Shown: positions 20,280 to 32,394 of the stretch, one piece after another | Layout: each line of letters opens with the position of its first letter | Position numbering within the stretch: position 1 is the stretch's first letter | Origin: an uncultured delta proteobacterium | GTDB lineage: Bacteria; Desulfobacterota; Desulfomonilia; Desulfomonilales; Desulfomonilaceae | Direction of reading: 5' to 3' | Assembly: GCA_963789265.1 (NCBI GenBank) | Contig: CAWBKB010000003.1 | Coordinates: forward strand, 576,001-640,000 | DNA length: 64,000 nt | Program-made: the position numbers and the translations under genes | The notes under the pieces: model-generated | Told to the model about the DNA's origin: nothing | Databases searched by the model: none | What the model saw: only the letters and a program-made list of their open reading frames with translations

Positions 20280-21525
20280 TCAGCACCTTTCGTCCAGTTG
20301 CTCTATGAAAGCTTCGATATTCGTCCTGGTCTGTTCCTCCGAATAGCATCTGAGATCGTTGAGGTCGCCGTTTATCACCAGAGTCGGCACATGCAGACGG
20401 TTGCTCATCCGCTGGGGCATGCAGTAGCGACTGTTTGAGTTGTTGGGGCATGTCCTGGAATCGTGGAATATCACGCCGTCCACCGAGAAATTCTTTATCC
20501 ATTCATCCATGTAGGCCTCTTTGTAGGATTCGTCGCGAACGATGAAAAGTTCGGTGTATGCCCGTGCCATCGACTCGAATGGTCGCGCGGGATCGAATGA
20601 ATCGAAGATCCAACTGTTACAGTATGTAGAGGCCACAATACTGGTTTTCAGCGACGCAAACTGATCGCTCAGGTCCCGCAGTTTCCCCCAAATGGGCATC
20701 CCGTCCCAATAGATCCTATGGCGTTCGTCTTCCACGGCCCCAACCTTGTCTTGAATGCGTTCCCGGAGTTCCTTCAGGAGTAGCTTGTAGTAATCGACAG
20801 CCGCGGGTAATCCCCTGAGCACCACGGCAGGCGCCATGTGTATGGTTGCGTCGAAAAAAGTGAGAGGCGCCGGCTTGACAGCCCCGCATTCCAGTACTTG
20901 CCGCCAGAGGTTGGTGCACTCCAGCGATAGGCCTACGATTTCCCGAAGCTTGTCAATATCGAAACGGTTGCCTGAGATCTCCTCCAGCACAGGTATCATG
21001 GCTTTCATCTGGGCTGTCAGATCCGCGATGTGGTAATCCTCGACAGCCTTGATGTTACGGTGAGTATGCACGCCCAGCAAGGGCACGTTCCATTCTCTGG
21101 CATAAAAAGCAAACCAGTCCTGGACGTCACGGCACTGATTGGTGTTGTAAACCAGCAAGTCGGCCTTTGGTATTGATGCGATACCGTAGACTTTGGTCAG
21201 CGGGGTGGCTCCCTTAAGGGTACGCTCCCACATCGGAGGTAAGGTATGAGCATATATCCGGTGAGTATCCGATCGAATTGGCCACCGGGATGTAGTCTGT
21301 CGCCATTCTGGTGGCGCCTAGCAGCGCTCCATGGTTTTCAGGATAATAGACCAGGAAACCCATTGCATGCAGCAGCTCAGCGGGACCTACCGAGGTGCAC
21401 CATGCGATCTTCGGCTTTCCTTCCTTCCTTGCTTGATTCAACGCCAGGAAGTGGTCGGCCATGAGCTTCTTCATCTGAGACGCAGCAGCAATGGTCTTCC
21501 GGGTCTTAAATTCTGATTGGGACAT
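20280..21525 (-). CDS. 2-hydroxyacyl-CoA dehydratase subunit (HgdA/FldB alpha-like); frameshift near 21220
   Basis: KIAWCTSVGPAEL..YYPENHGA..GYSPDICSY; TNQC; RIYWDGMPIW; DGVIFHDSRTC; GDLNDLR..TNIEAFIE. Confidence 0.88.
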
Positions 21526-21631
21526 GCCTTATCTCCAAGGGCAAAGATTTTTCACCTAATTAGTATAATAAGGCCTTGCGGAAAAATCTGGAACTCGTGC
21601 AGGTCTTTAGAAGAGATTTTTTGAGGATGGA

Positions 21632-22444
21632 CTATTTCTTTTGCCCATCTAACTCTTCGGCTCGTAGTACTGCGGCTTGAACCGTATCCATGAGGATTCC
21701 TCGCAAACCGGCCTGTTCCATGATCTGTAATCCCGCTATGGTTGTGCCACCGGGGGAGGTTATACGATCCTTGAGGCCGCTGAAAGGCTCACTTCCGGAA
21801 AGCGCCATGATGGAGGCTCCCTTAAAGGTCTGAACCGCTAGGGCTCTGGCAGTGGGTCTGTCCAGGCCCATAAGCACTGCCCCGTCAGTCAACGCCTCCA
21901 TGATGGGGAAAAGATAGCCGGGCCCGCTCCCCGAAAGCGCGGTCACGACATTCATCATTTTTTCTTCTACGGGTAACGCCAGCCCGATGGCGGAGAAGAT
22001 ATCGAGTGCCTTCTGTAAGTCTCCATCGTCGGCAATGCCGGCCTTACAGACTGCCGTAGCACTCTCGCCTACCATAGCCGCAGCATTGGGCATGGCCCTG
22101 ATGACTCTGGCGGGGAAGTTCAGGCGAGAAAGGATGAAACCGGTTGAAATGCCTGCGGCGATAGAGATGATTATCAGCGCGTCGTGGATCTCGCCGGCTA
22201 TGGAATCGATGACATCTCCGACGATCTGAGGTTTAACCGCCAGGATAAGGATCTCGGTGTCGGATTCTATGGTTCCTCCGATTTCCCTGGCCGAGTGAAT
22301 TTTTAATTCTTGCTGGAGCATGAGTGCCTTGGTCGGATCGACGTCGAAGATGGAAATCATTTCAGGAATTGTTTTTCCCGATCCGATCAATCCACGTACA
22401 AGAGCCGATCCCATGTTTCCTGCACCGATAATTCCTATCCTCAT
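21632..22444 (-). CDS. proC: Pyrroline-5-carboxylate reductase
   Basis: IGIIGAGNMG, LAVKPQ, SIAAG, RAMPN, TALSGSGP, ITSPGGTT. Confidence 0.96.
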   Translation of the reverse strand: MRIGIIGAGNMGSALVRGLIGSGKTIPEMISIFDVDPTKALMLQQELKIHSAREIGGTIESDTEILILAVKPQIVGDVIDSIAGEIHDALIIISIAAGISTGFILSRLNFPARVIRAMPNAAAMVGESATAVCKAGIADDGDLQKALDIFSAIGLALPVEEKMMNVVTALSGSGPGYLFPIMEALTDGAVLMGLDRPTARALAVQTFKGASIMALSGSEPFSGLKDRITSPGGTTIAGLQIMEQAGLRGILMDTVQAAVLRAEELDGQKK

Positions 22445-22618
22445 GAACTGCTTCCCCTGTGCCGTTGCATTTGTCAACGGCAAATTAAATACTTCTAATA
22501 GACAAACCCGATGACTTTGCCGCTGGAATATGATAAAGGAATACTATCATGGATAAAACCAACCCGGCACATAAATATTGAACAGAGGAGCGCATTGTGA
22601 CTCCTGGAGGAAAGCACC

Positions 22619-23249
22619 ATGTCGGAAATCTTGACGGTTGATGCACGTGGACTCTCGTGTCCTCAGCCCGTACTCGAGACAAAGAAGGTTCTGGATGAAA
22701 CCGCTCCAAGTGCCCTGAAGGTTCTTGTCCAGGGGTACGCTTCACGGGAAAACGTGAGCAGGTTTGCCCGCAACCGGGGATATGAGGTAGAGGTGCAGGA
22801 AAAGGACGGGGATGAATTCGAGATCGCGCTAAAGCGGATTGAGAGCGAAATCGTTCAAAAGGTCCAGGAGGAGATTTTGGCCTGCTCCGTGCCCGAACAG
22901 TCTCAGGACTCCAAAATAGTGGTTTATGTCGGCAATAACTGCATGGGAAGAGGTGACGACGAACTGGGAAAGAAACTCATGCCGCGGATTCCTTCGCACA
23001 TGGATTGACATCAGCCCGAAACCCTGGCGCATGATCTTCATCAATTCAGGAGTTAAATTGACCACCATAGATGAAGAGGCAGCCGAGGCAGTATCACTTT
23101 TGGAAGAAAAGGGCGTACAGGTACTCTCCTGCGGCACCTGCCTGCAACACTATGGCATAGAAGACAAATTGAGGGTGGGAAAAGTCACGAATATGTTCGA
23201 AATCATCGAATCGCTCAACGCGGCCGCAAAGGTGGTGTCGCCGGATTGA
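22619..23249 (+). CDS. yedF: Sulfurtransferase-like selenium metabolism protein YedF (TusA + DsrE domains); frameshift near 22983
   Basis: DARGLSCPQPV; MGRGDDELGKKLM-RGFL; FINSGVKL; SCGTCL..LRVGKVTNM. Confidence 0.88.
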
Positions 23250-23337
23250 GCAATACTTTTCTCATTTGCCCGAAATAATATGCTTGGTCAGGCTAATACC
23301 GTGACTTCTTAAGCATTCGGCACGACGGGTGTTTGCC

Positions 23338-23442
23338 CATTATTCCTGTAAACGCAGGAATCCATCCCTCGGGACCGGGCCTTGGGCCAATGCCGCGAAA
23401 CGCAGGACCGCCCCGGTCTGAATCCGGATTCCGGGGTGACAG
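23338..23442. repeat. Degenerate GTCAYYCC..GGRRTGAC REP-like element
   Basis: attattcctgtaaacgcaggaatcca .. ccccggtctgaatccggattccggggtgac. Confidence 0.6.
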
Positions 23443-23714
23443 TCTCATTCCCCCCAAATAAGACAAAATTTCTGACAATTGTTGTAAGCGGTGCTATGAA
23501 GCAACTCGCTTGAATGCACAATGTCATTAGGCTATCTTCTGGTGTCGCGAGGCCGGCCGAAACGTCGGCCTCGGGGGACAAGTAAGAGGCCTGATAGATG
23601 AATTCCCTTTACACTACAATTAACCGACACGCAGCAAAGTCGGTGGTATGTCGGGGGCAAGTGGATGCTATTGACAAGACTACCCGGGAGATCCCAATGG
23701 ATACGTTGCGCATC

Positions 23715-23789
23715 TGGAGGCGGCTGGCGGATTCGAACCGCCGTATAACGGTTTTGCAGACCGTCGCCTTACCACTTGGCTAAGCCGCC
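23715..23789 (-). tRNA. tRNA-Cys(GCA)
   Basis: GGCGGCTTAGCCAAGTGGTAAGGCGACGGTCTGCAAAACCGTTATACGGCGGTTCGAATCCGCCAGCCGCCTCCA: 7-bp acceptor stem, GCA anticodon, TTCGAA T-loop, U73, encoded CCA. Confidence 0.97.
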
Positions 23790-24071
23790 CCTTAATGAAC
23801 GATGATTGTAGGCCAGCGTTAGATCAGATGTCAAGATAAGCAATGGCTACGTTGTCTCGTCTCGTGCGTGGGTGACCTGCACTGACAAAGACTTGCCTGG
23901 CCAAATGTTGGCGAAACCGATTAACCGAATAATATGGAGCTTCTTTAACCGCAACATGGCGAACTGGGAATAGCGATCGTTCTTTCAAGAGAGACCGACC
24001 AAGGTCACGCACTACCAAATCTAACCTTTTCATGTTGACTGGCGAGAAGTACAGTTGCGAGGGTTCATGCC

Positions 24072-24968
24072 ATGTTTTTACAATACCCTAAGAGAAGTCT
24101 GTTGCGAGCATCGAATGAAGTTTGGCTCTTTCTGAGGGAAACTGTTCATTCTTTCTTTGACGACCACGCTATGCGGATGGCGGCTGCATTGGCTTTCTAC
24201 ATGACATTCTCGATTACACCGGCGCTGCTAATCGGTTTGAGCATTGCCGGCATCGTCATCGGCAACACGCGAGCCGAATCGGAGCTAGCGGCAAGAATAG
24301 GGCAACTTATTAACCCTCAAGCGGCTAGTTACGTTTTCGCTCTGGTGGAAGGTTTTAGCGCGGAACTCAAAGGAAGACACTTGCCTGTAATGGGCATTTT
24401 GGGCGCCTTAGTGGCCGCTACCGCCGTGTTTGTCGAACTCCATTCCTCTCTCAATGTGATTTGGGGAGAATCGTCAACCAAGCGTCAAGGACTTTTGAGA
24501 ATCATTCGTTCCAGGGTGATATCATTCGTATTTGTGGTAGGGATAGGGATTCTCTTGCTGGTATCGGTGGTCACAAGCACCGTACTGACCGCGATAAACA
24601 GCTTGCTCATGAGCACACTACCGCTCTTGCAAAACTTGGTACACTGGCTGCAAATTCTCGTCCAATTTGGGATCCTCCCGCTTTTACTGGCACTCACTTA
24701 CAAACTGGTGCCTGATGCGACCGTTGAATGGAAGGACGTGGTGCCGGGAGCCCTGATAACAGCGGTCTTGTTTCTCCTGGGCAAGTGGGCGTTTGGAATG
24801 TACCTGCGCGTCAGCGTTTTAGCATCAGTCTATGGAGCGGCCGCGTCGCTGTTTATTTTGCTCGTGTGGGTGTATTATTCTGCCCAAGTCTTTTTTCTCG
24901 GCGCTGAGATGACGAAAGTCTACGCCAGAAGTTATGGTTCCCATTCTAAGGAGCGTCAAGAAACTTGA
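24072..24968 (+). CDS. YihY/virulence factor BrkB family membrane protein
   Basis: MAAALAFY, SLNVIW, YKLVPD, PGALITAVLF, YGAAASL..LLVWVYYSAQVFFLGAE. Confidence 0.92.
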   Translation: MFLQYPKRSLLRASNEVWLFLRETVHSFFDDHAMRMAAALAFYMTFSITPALLIGLSIAGIVIGNTRAESELAARIGQLINPQAASYVFALVEGFSAELKGRHLPVMGILGALVAATAVFVELHSSLNVIWGESSTKRQGLLRIIRSRVISFVFVVGIGILLLVSVVTSTVLTAINSLLMSTLPLLQNLVHWLQILVQFGILPLLLALTYKLVPDATVEWKDVVPGALITAVLFLLGKWAFGMYLRVSVLASVYGAAASLFILLVWVYYSAQVFFLGAEMTKVYARSYGSHSKERQET

Positions 24969-25071
24969 CGCTCCAATGTTTGTGGACAACACTGAAAAGC
25001 TTTAAGTTTATAAACAATTCCGTTGAAATTTTCATGTATTTCTTTATAACCATAGACAGGTTGACGGTTCC

Positions 25072-27769
25072 GTGTTAGAGTTGAGGACCGGAGCCGGAGA
25101 AAGGAGGCAAAAGGTGAACCCGTCGGCTGGAAACAGACTCCCCAAGGACCCGTTCCGAGAATTGTATGCTCGCGCCCAAACCGGGAAAAACAGGGGATCT
25201 TTTTTCGCCGGGATCGCCCGCTTCGTATTGTTGGTTTTTATCGGGTGCACGGCCGGCATGGCTGGGGTCGCGGCCCAAGGTTACGTGTACTTCACTCATA
25301 ATTTGCCCAGCATTCAAAAACTCAAAAAATACTCCCCTTCCACAGTCACACAGGTTTATGCCGACAAAGGTGAGTTGATCGGCGAATTCTTTTATCAGTA
25401 CCGCTTCGTAGTCCCCATAGAGCAGATCCCCAAAGTCCTTCAGAATGCATTTGTGGCTGCGGAGGATAAGAATTTTTGGACTCACGGCGGTTTGGATAAA
25501 GAGGCCATAGTTAGAGCGATCAAGACGAATATTCTTCACGGCCGAGTGACGGTTGGAGGCAGTACCATTACTCAGCAAGTGGCTAAGACTTTTTTGCTCA
25601 CTCCTGAGAGGACGTTCGTTCGTAAAATCAAAGAAGCGCTTCTATCCAAACAGATAGAAAGGTCCCTTACAAAAGAACAAATTTTGTACCTGTATCTCAA
25701 CCAAATTTTCCTGGGCAGCGGGGCTTACGGCGTTGAAGCTGCGGCACGAACATATTTCGATAAGCACGTCCAGGACTTGACGATTGCCGAATGTGCCATG
25801 CTGGCAGGTCTTCCCAAGAAGCCCTCATCGTTGTCCCCGAAAAAAAACCTGGAAGGAGCGTTGGACCGCCGTGCGTACGTTCTCAAGAGGATGCTCGAGG
25901 ATCGGTATATTACCGAGGCCCAGTATGAAGAGGCGAGCCAGGAAGAGCCGAAGATCGTCACACACAATAACCCTTATTTGAAAGCCGCTCCTGACTTTGT
26001 CGAGTACGTTCGCAAGAGCTTGGAAAAAAGATACGGCGCAGATGTGTTGTACAAAGGAGGTCTCCAGGTTTGCACCACTGTAGATTTGGCCTTGACGAAG
26101 TCGGCCCGGGAAGCTATGGACAGGGGCCTGCGTGAATTGGACAAGCGACAGGGATATCGAGGGCCGGTAAAGACTTTGAATGTAAAAGGGGTGGCGGAAT
26201 TTCTCGAAGACCAAACCCGTAACAGGCAAGGACCTCCGCGATTCGGGCAAATCACGGAGGCTGTCGTCACTCATATAGATAACGAAAATATTTACATGCG
26301 CATGGGCGGCTACTCCGGGGCCAAGAGCAAGAAGGAATATGTAGGCCAGATCAAGATCGATCCGAACCCTAAATGGTGGGTACGCACTCCCTACATAAGA
26401 CCGGAGATGCGCACCCGCAATTTTGCACAGGGCGACCTCCCCTACCAGGTAGGTGATCTTATTGAGGTTCGTGTCCAAGACCCAAACATTAAACGGCGTG
26501 AATTGTATCTCAAAAAGTACGGCAAGACGGATCCTACACTAAAGAACTACAAGCAATATACAGAGGATATGCTGGCATATTTTCCCTTGGAGCCGGAACA
26601 GGAGCCTCTAGCCCAGTCAGCGCTCATGATGCGCGAAAACAGGTCCGGGTACATTAGGGTCATCGTGGGTGGTTACAGTTACGCGGAGTCCAAATTCAAC
26701 CGAGCTATCCAATCTAGGCGTCAGGCGGGGTCCTCGTTCAAGCCGGTGATTTACTCCGCTGCGCTAAATAAAGGCTTTACGTGCGCGGATATCATTCTAG
26801 ATTCTCCGTTGGCACTTGCAATTCCTGGAACCGGGGAAGTGTGGAGGCCCAAAAATTACAGAGGGGGCTATCAAGGGCCTGTCACCTTCAGGGATGCAAT
26901 TGTAAAATCGAGAAATATCCCCACCATCAAAATCCTCCAACAGATCGGAATCGAGCAGGCCAAGGCGTATGCTCGGAAGCTGGGATACACCTCTCCTTTG
27001 GTGGATAATCTTACATTAGCTTTGGGTTCCACTGGCGTCTCGCTCGACGAACAGCTCACAGCGTACTCCGTTTTCCCCAACAAAGGCTATTTGGTGCCTG
27101 GAGTCTATGTGAAGAAAATTGTGGACCGCAATGGAAAGATTCTCGAGGAACATGATCCACCGATTCTCCTGGACGACCCCGTGAGCGGTGAAGATCCCAA
27201 GATTCAGAAGGTCTCCCGCGAAACGCCGCAAGGCGAGATTACGTCAGAAGGCGAAGTCTCCGAAAAGGGCGCGCCTCTTGTCCGAAGAGCACTCGATGAT
27301 GGAACCGCCTACATCATGACATCGCTTTTGCAGGGAGTGATCCAAGAAGGCACAGCGACTAATTTGAAGAAGATCGTCGGGCGGCCCGACATAGGGGGCA
27401 AGACCGGCACCACAAATGACAATATAGATGCATGGTTCATGGGCTTTTCCCCGGACTACACCTGCGGTGTCTGGGTGGGGTTCGATAAGGAGGTGTCACT
27501 CGGTGATGGAGAAACAGGAGGCAAAGCTGCGGCCCCCATTTGGGGGTATTTTATGCGAGAAACGCTGAAGAACAAGCCGATGAAAGAATTTCCCATGCCG
27601 CAGTCGGTCGAAATTCGACGCATTGACCGCAGAAACCGGCCTTCTGACCTCCGCGGCCAACGGGTTTCCTGAAGTGTTTAAGGTGGGTAGCAGCCCTGCC
27701 GACGCCGGCCCCAAACTAATAAAGGGTTCCAGGTGGGATTACTCCGGCTCCGATCTCGATCAATTCTAG
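25072..27769 (+). CDS. mrcA: Penicillin-binding protein 1A; frameshift near 27635 extends the C-terminus to 27769; start uncertain
   Basis: AAEDKNF, GGSTITQQ, RKIKE, YLNQIFLG; SSFK, SRN, KTG motifs; alternative frame TGLL..EVFKVG. Confidence 0.92.
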
Positions 27770-28195
27770 CCTACTAGTTCCCACCGCGTTGATTCCTGCC
27801 GAGGTGCGCGTAAGCCCCGATGTTGTTGGAGTAGCGCCCAATTTCATAAATTCGGTACGGAATTGCGAGCAGAATTATTGGAGCAGGCATTCCGCCACAT
27901 CAATGCAGTGAGTGCCCTCGCACTTTCCCTCATTATCCTTAGTCGGCGATTTTTTCACCCGAACCACGAATCGGGCTAATTAGTCGCTTGCCGCTGACGT
28001 CCTGCCGCCGGGGCTTCCTTTGTCCGCCGAGGCGTTTTCGAAAGCCTGGGGCCAATGGGCTTCGTACTGAAACTTTCTTTACAGAGCCACTGCACTTTTG
28101 CAAGTGTAGGCATATTCGGTACGATCATTCGTGACAGCACGTCCCTAATTTTTTGAGAGACCCTCGGTAACCGCGGCTTTTTCCGACTTTGGAGC

Positions 28196-28223
28196 TTGAC
28201 ACCGGGACTTTATCGCATATATT
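28196..28223 (+). promoter_or_regulatory. Putative sigma70 promoter upstream of lon
   Basis: ttgaca-16 nt-tatatt. Confidence 0.45.
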
Positions 28224-28339
28224 TATATCTTTGGAGGGTAATTTCGTGGAAATGTCAGGTTGCGAATGGACAGCTTGCCGTCTTTTGCCACGATTTAGCA
28301 TGAAACCCTATTATCTTTTTTGTCAGATAAAGGACAACG

Positions 28340-30871
28340 ATGATGGCCGATGAGATTGAAAAGAAGGATGACTTCGATCAAGACGACCCCCCTAAGACCC
28401 AGCAGATAAACTTCGCCGACATCCCCGAGGTACTGCCCCTTCTGCCCGTGCGGGACGTGGTAATATACTCCTACATGATTCTTCCTCTGATGGTAGGCAG
28501 GGAGAGATCCATAAGGGCTGTGGACGAGGCCCTGTCTCAAGACCGGCTCATATTTCTCGCCGCGCAAAAGATTTCCACCGAAGAGGACCCCACCCCGGAC
28601 AACATTTACAGCGTGGGCACAGTGGCCATGGTGGTCAAGCAGCTCAAATTGCCGGACGGCAGGGTCAAGATCCTCGTCCAAGGCCTAGCCAAGGCACGCG
28701 TTGTAACCTTTCTTGAGTCGCGCGAATTCTTTAAGGTGAAGATCCAAAAGATTCCGGAACCTGTGGCGGCTCCGGTGACTATTGAGGTCGAAGCCTTGAT
28801 GAGGTCCATAAAGGAGAATTCGGAAAAGATACTCCAACTCCGTGGAATAATATCCCCCGATGCCGTGGCCATCCTGGATTCTATCGAGGATCCCGGCAGG
28901 CTTGCTGACCTCGTTGCATCGAACCTGAAACTCCATGTGGAAGAGTCCCAAGCCATACTGGAAGTCACTGACCCTGTGGAGAGACTCAAAAGGGTCAATG
29001 AACTGCTTTCCAAAGAACTCGAGCTATCGGCCATGCAAGCTAAGATTCAGACGCAGGCCAAGGAAGAAATGGGTAAGACCCACCGGGAGTACTTCCTCAG
29101 AGAGCAACTGAAAGCCATTCAGAGCGAACTTGGCGAGATTGACGAAAAAACCAAAGAAATAGAGGAGTTTCGAGAAAAGATCGCCAAAGCAAAGATACCT
29201 AAAGATGTCGAGAAAGAAGCCGAAAAGCAGCTCAGCAGGCTCGGTCAAATGCACCCGGACGCGGCCGAAGCGTCCATCATTCGGACCTATTTGGACTGGA
29301 TCGTTGAACTCCCTTGGTCCAAAGGGACTCGGGATAGGCTCGACATAAAGAATGCCAAGACCATCCTTGATGAAGACCACTACAATCTGGAAAAGGTGAA
29401 AGACCGTATCCTCGAATATTTGGGGGTCCGCAAACTCAACAAGCAGATGAAAGGCCCCATTCTGTGCTTTGTAGGCCCTCCGGGTGTAGGGAAGACTTCC
29501 CTCGGTCGATCTATAGCCCGAGCTTTGGGACGCAAGTTCACGAGGATCTCCCTGGGCGGGGTAAGAGACGAGGCCGAAATTCGCGGCCACCGTCGTACCT
29601 ACATCGGTGCCTTGCCGGGCCGCATAATTCAGGGGCTTAAGAATGCGGGGTCTAACAACCCGGTATTTATGCTCGACGAGATCGACAAGGTGGGGGCTGA
29701 TTTCCGCGGCGATCCGTCGGCCGCTTTGCTGGAAGTTCTGGACCCGGAGCAGAATCATGCTTTCAGCGATCACTACCTCAATGTGCCCTTTGACCTTTCC
29801 AAGGTCATGTTTATAACTACAGCAAACGTCGCGGATACCATTCTTCCCGCCCTGAAGGACAGAATGGAAATCATCGAACTGTCCGGTTATATCGATGAAG
29901 AAAAATTGAAGATCGCCCGGCAGTACCTGATCCCCAGGCAGATCAAAGAAAACGGCATAAGGGAAGACGATTTCCACATAACCGATGAAGCAATACTCGG
30001 TATTGTCAATCAGTACACTCGAGAGGCGGGTCTGCGCAATCTCGAACGGGAAATTGCAAATCTCTGCCGCAAAATCGCTCGCAAGATAGCGGAAGGCGAA
30101 AAGAAGGTCCCAAGGATTACCGCCAAGAATCTGAACAAGTTTCTGGGCGTCCCGAGGTTCCTCCCGGACCAGGAACAGAGAACCGATGAGGTGGGGGTAG
30201 CCACCGGACTTGCATGGACCCCTTATGGCGGCGATGTTCTTCACATAGAGGCCACGCCTATGGAAGGGAAAGGCAGCCTTCTCTTAACCGGACAGTTGGG
30301 CGATGTGATGAAGGAGTCAGGCCAGGCGGCTCTCTCGTACTTTCGTTCGTGTGCCGCACTGTTCGGCATGAAGGAGAAATTCTACTTCTCTAAAGACATT
30401 CACGTGCATGTTCCGGCCGGAGCAATCCCCAAAGACGGACCGTCAGCCGGTGTCACGATGGCCACAGCCCTGGTGAGCGCTCTCACAGGCATCCCCGTGC
30501 GATCGGACGTAGCCATGACAGGAGAAATCACTCTTAGAGGAAGAGTCTTACCTGTGGGAGGACTGCGGGAGAAATCTTTAGCCGCACTGCGGGCCCGCAT
30601 ATATACGGTGATTGCCCCGGAACAGAACGAAAAGGACCTTGACGAAATACCCCGGCATATACGCCGAAGGCTTGAATTCAAGTTTGTCAAACACATGGAC
30701 GAAGTTCTCAAGCTGGCCCTGAAAGATGCTCCTGGGATCGGCGGGAAAAAGGCCGGAACCGCCGGAGTGAAGAGTTCGCCAAGGAACTCGGCCGTAAAGG
30801 GCAAGGTCGCAAGGCCTGTCAGTGCGAGACGTCATTCAAGGACTGAATCCTCGGCCGAAAGAGAAGCCTAA
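28340..30871 (+). CDS. lon: ATP-dependent Lon protease
   Basis: [11 protein letters not shown] domain; [29 protein letters not shown] (catalytic Ser); VGGLREK (Lys). Confidence 0.98.
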   Translation: MMADEIEKKDDFDQDDPPKTQQINFADIPEVLPLLPVRDVVIYSYMILPLMVGRERSIRAVDEALSQDRLIFLAAQKISTEEDPTPDNIYSVGTVAMVVKQLKLPDGRVKILVQGLAKARVVTFLESREFFKVKIQKIPEPVAAPVTIEVEALMRSIKENSEKILQLRGIISPDAVAILDSIEDPGRLADLVASNLKLHVEESQAILEVTDPVERLKRVNELLSKELELSAMQAKIQTQAKEEMGKTHREYFLREQLKAIQSELGEIDEKTKEIEEFREKIAKAKIPKDVEKEAEKQLSRLGQMHPDAAEASIIRTYLDWIVELPWSKGTRDRLDIKNAKTILDEDHYNLEKVKDRILEYLGVRKLNKQMKGPILCFVGPPGVGKTSLGRSIARALGRKFTRISLGGVRDEAEIRGHRRTYIGALPGRIIQGLKNAGSNNPVFMLDEIDKVGADFRGDPSAALLEVLDPEQNHAFSDHYLNVPFDLSKVMFITTANVADTILPALKDRMEIIELSGYIDEEKLKIARQYLIPRQIKENGIREDDFHITDEAILGIVNQYTREAGLRNLEREIANLCRKIARKIAEGEKKVPRITAKNLNKFLGVPRFLPDQEQRTDEVGVATGLAWTPYGGDVLHIEATPMEGKGSLLLTGQLGDVMKESGQAALSYFRSCAALFGMKEKFYFSKDIHVHVPAGAIPKDGPSAGVTMATALVSALTGIPVRSDVAMTGEITLRGRVLPVGGLREKSLAALRARIYTVIAPEQNEKDLDEIPRHIRRRLEFKFVKHMDEVLKLALKDAPGIGGKKAGTAGVKSSPRNSAVKGKVARPVSARRHSRTESSAEREA

Positions 30872-30884
30872 TTCCGGGTTTTTT

Positions 30885-31139
30885 ATGAGAATGATCGGAA
30901 TTACCGCGATCTATGTCGGTGTAATGGTCCTGGGACTCTTTTGGATTGTATTCAGGGTGAAGTCCTACCTTCGAAGTCAGAAGGAAACGGAATATAAATG
31001 GAACGAAGCAATGTACAAGGATGAATTCAGTGTCTATCCGGACAAGTTGAAGGAGCAATTAATCGAGAAGGATGATGTGGATAACACGAGCAAAACTGCT
31101 CCGTTGAGCACTAATGCCGATTCGCTTTCCAAAAAGTGA
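30885..31139 (+). CDS. Small single-TM hypothetical protein
   Basis: ORF immediately after lon; N-terminal TM helix and charged tail. Confidence 0.55.
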   Translation: MRMIGITAIYVGVMVLGLFWIVFRVKSYLRSQKETEYKWNEAMYKDEFSVYPDKLKEQLIEKDDVDNTSKTAPLSTNADSLSKK

Positions 31140-31304
31140 GAATGGGCCGATAGCAAACGGCACTGACCTGGGGCCATGACGGCGCCCAGGTCAGTGGCAC
31201 CCAACATCCACTCATGGGGTCCTGGGTGCCATCCAGCGTCCCGCGGGAGGCTCTGTCAGATCTGTGCTGTATTCCCTTGATTGTTCACCGTTTCATCGCG
31301 CACT
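31134..31304. repeat. Dispersed structured repeat (copy 1)
   Basis: First 38 nt identical to 54768-54805; 3-prime part similar to 54821-54886; hairpins cactgacctgg..ccaggtcagtg and ggcaccca..tgggtgcc. Confidence 0.8.
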
Positions 31305-31484
31305 CCTATGAAAACTTCCTTTATCGACCGGCATCTTGCAGTGGCGACGCCCCGCGGAACGCGGGGTTGCCCGTCATCCCCCATCGACAGCCTGTCCCGC
31401 TAATCTAAACCAGGGTCCAACACTCGTCACTCATGACGAATTACTATGACAAGAAGTGCCGGGGGCCACGAACTTGGGACTTGC

Positions 31485-32201
31485 CTACGGGGTTGGTGCT
31501 TCCCCTTTTAATTCTCTGACTTTGTCCTCACATTGCTTCGAAGCGGCCACCATGTTGTCTTCAATTTCCTGGCGGATCTTTTCGTAATCATCGCTGCTAA
31601 GGCCATGTGGAATGTGCGTAGGTTTTCCGAAAGCCATTACAATAGTGCTGAAGGGCAAAGGCAATATCATCCTGTCCCAGGAGCCGAACTGGATCTGGCG
31701 CGTGGCCCAACTTACAAATGGGACAACCGGAATCTGAGCTTCACGGCTGACAATAACAGTCCCTATTTTCACTTTCCTGGATGGGCCTCTAGGGGCATCC
31801 ACCGCAAGCCCCGAACAGTAATTTTTCTCCTTTATCATGGCGATCATCTCGGCCAGGGCTTCCTTGCCGCCGCGTGAAGACGATCCTCTCGTAGTATCGT
31901 ACCCCCACCGGCGGAGGCATCGATCGATAAGCTCCCCGTCCCAAGATCGGCTCACCATGACCACTCCGGGATAGCGGCCACAATAATAGACCGGGAAAAG
32001 CATGGTGCCGTGAAAGCACGCGCAGTTAAACGGCCCCTTCTTACAGATCTGTTCTTCGTACTCCTGGTTCAGAAAGATCTTTCTCGACGTCAGATCCACG
32101 AGTCTGAAGTACGCGGTTACCAGGCGCGGTACAAAAAATAACACCAGCCTGAACCAATGGCGCTGCCCTTTTTCCTTACTTTTTGACTCGACTTTCAACA
32201 T
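31485..32201 (-). CDS. DUF374 / lysophospholipid acyltransferase family protein
   Basis: FHG, MVSRSWDGELI, RGSSSRGG, AVDAPRGP, SWDRMILPLPFS. Confidence 0.9.
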   Translation of the reverse strand: MLKVESKSKEKGQRHWFRLVLFFVPRLVTAYFRLVDLTSRKIFLNQEYEEQICKKGPFNCACFHGTMLFPVYYCGRYPGVVMVSRSWDGELIDRCLRRWGYDTTRGSSSRGGKEALAEMIAMIKEKNYCSGLAVDAPRGPSRKVKIGTVIVSREAQIPVVPFVSWATRQIQFGSWDRMILPLPFSTIVMAFGKPTHIPHGLSSDDYEKIRQEIEDNMVAASKQCEDKVRELKGEAPTP

Positions 32202-32394
32202 TACCCTCGGTTGACATTGTATGCGTTCTCCGAAAAGTAGCCGGGCGGCACTAATGATGAGGCGCAGGCACAAAAGCGATCGCAATTCTGCACCTCACAG
32301 ATAGAAAAGGCCGGGCATAGCGGGTGAGCCCTTGGCATAAGCGGGGGCAATAGCCCAAGGCCTCTTCGAATCGGGAATCGGCGAACATTTCAGT

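Noticed and set aside
20068..20502. 144-aa ORF between the dehydratase and activase as the missing beta subunit
   Set aside because: Overlaps the dehydratase in another frame and translates repeat arms; no family motifs
23715..23789. tRNA-Cys as an integration site of an island
   Set aside because: No integrase and no duplicated tRNA 3-prime end seen in the window
29024..30244. 406-aa antisense ORF
   Set aside because: Shadow ORF opposite lon with no recognisable motifs
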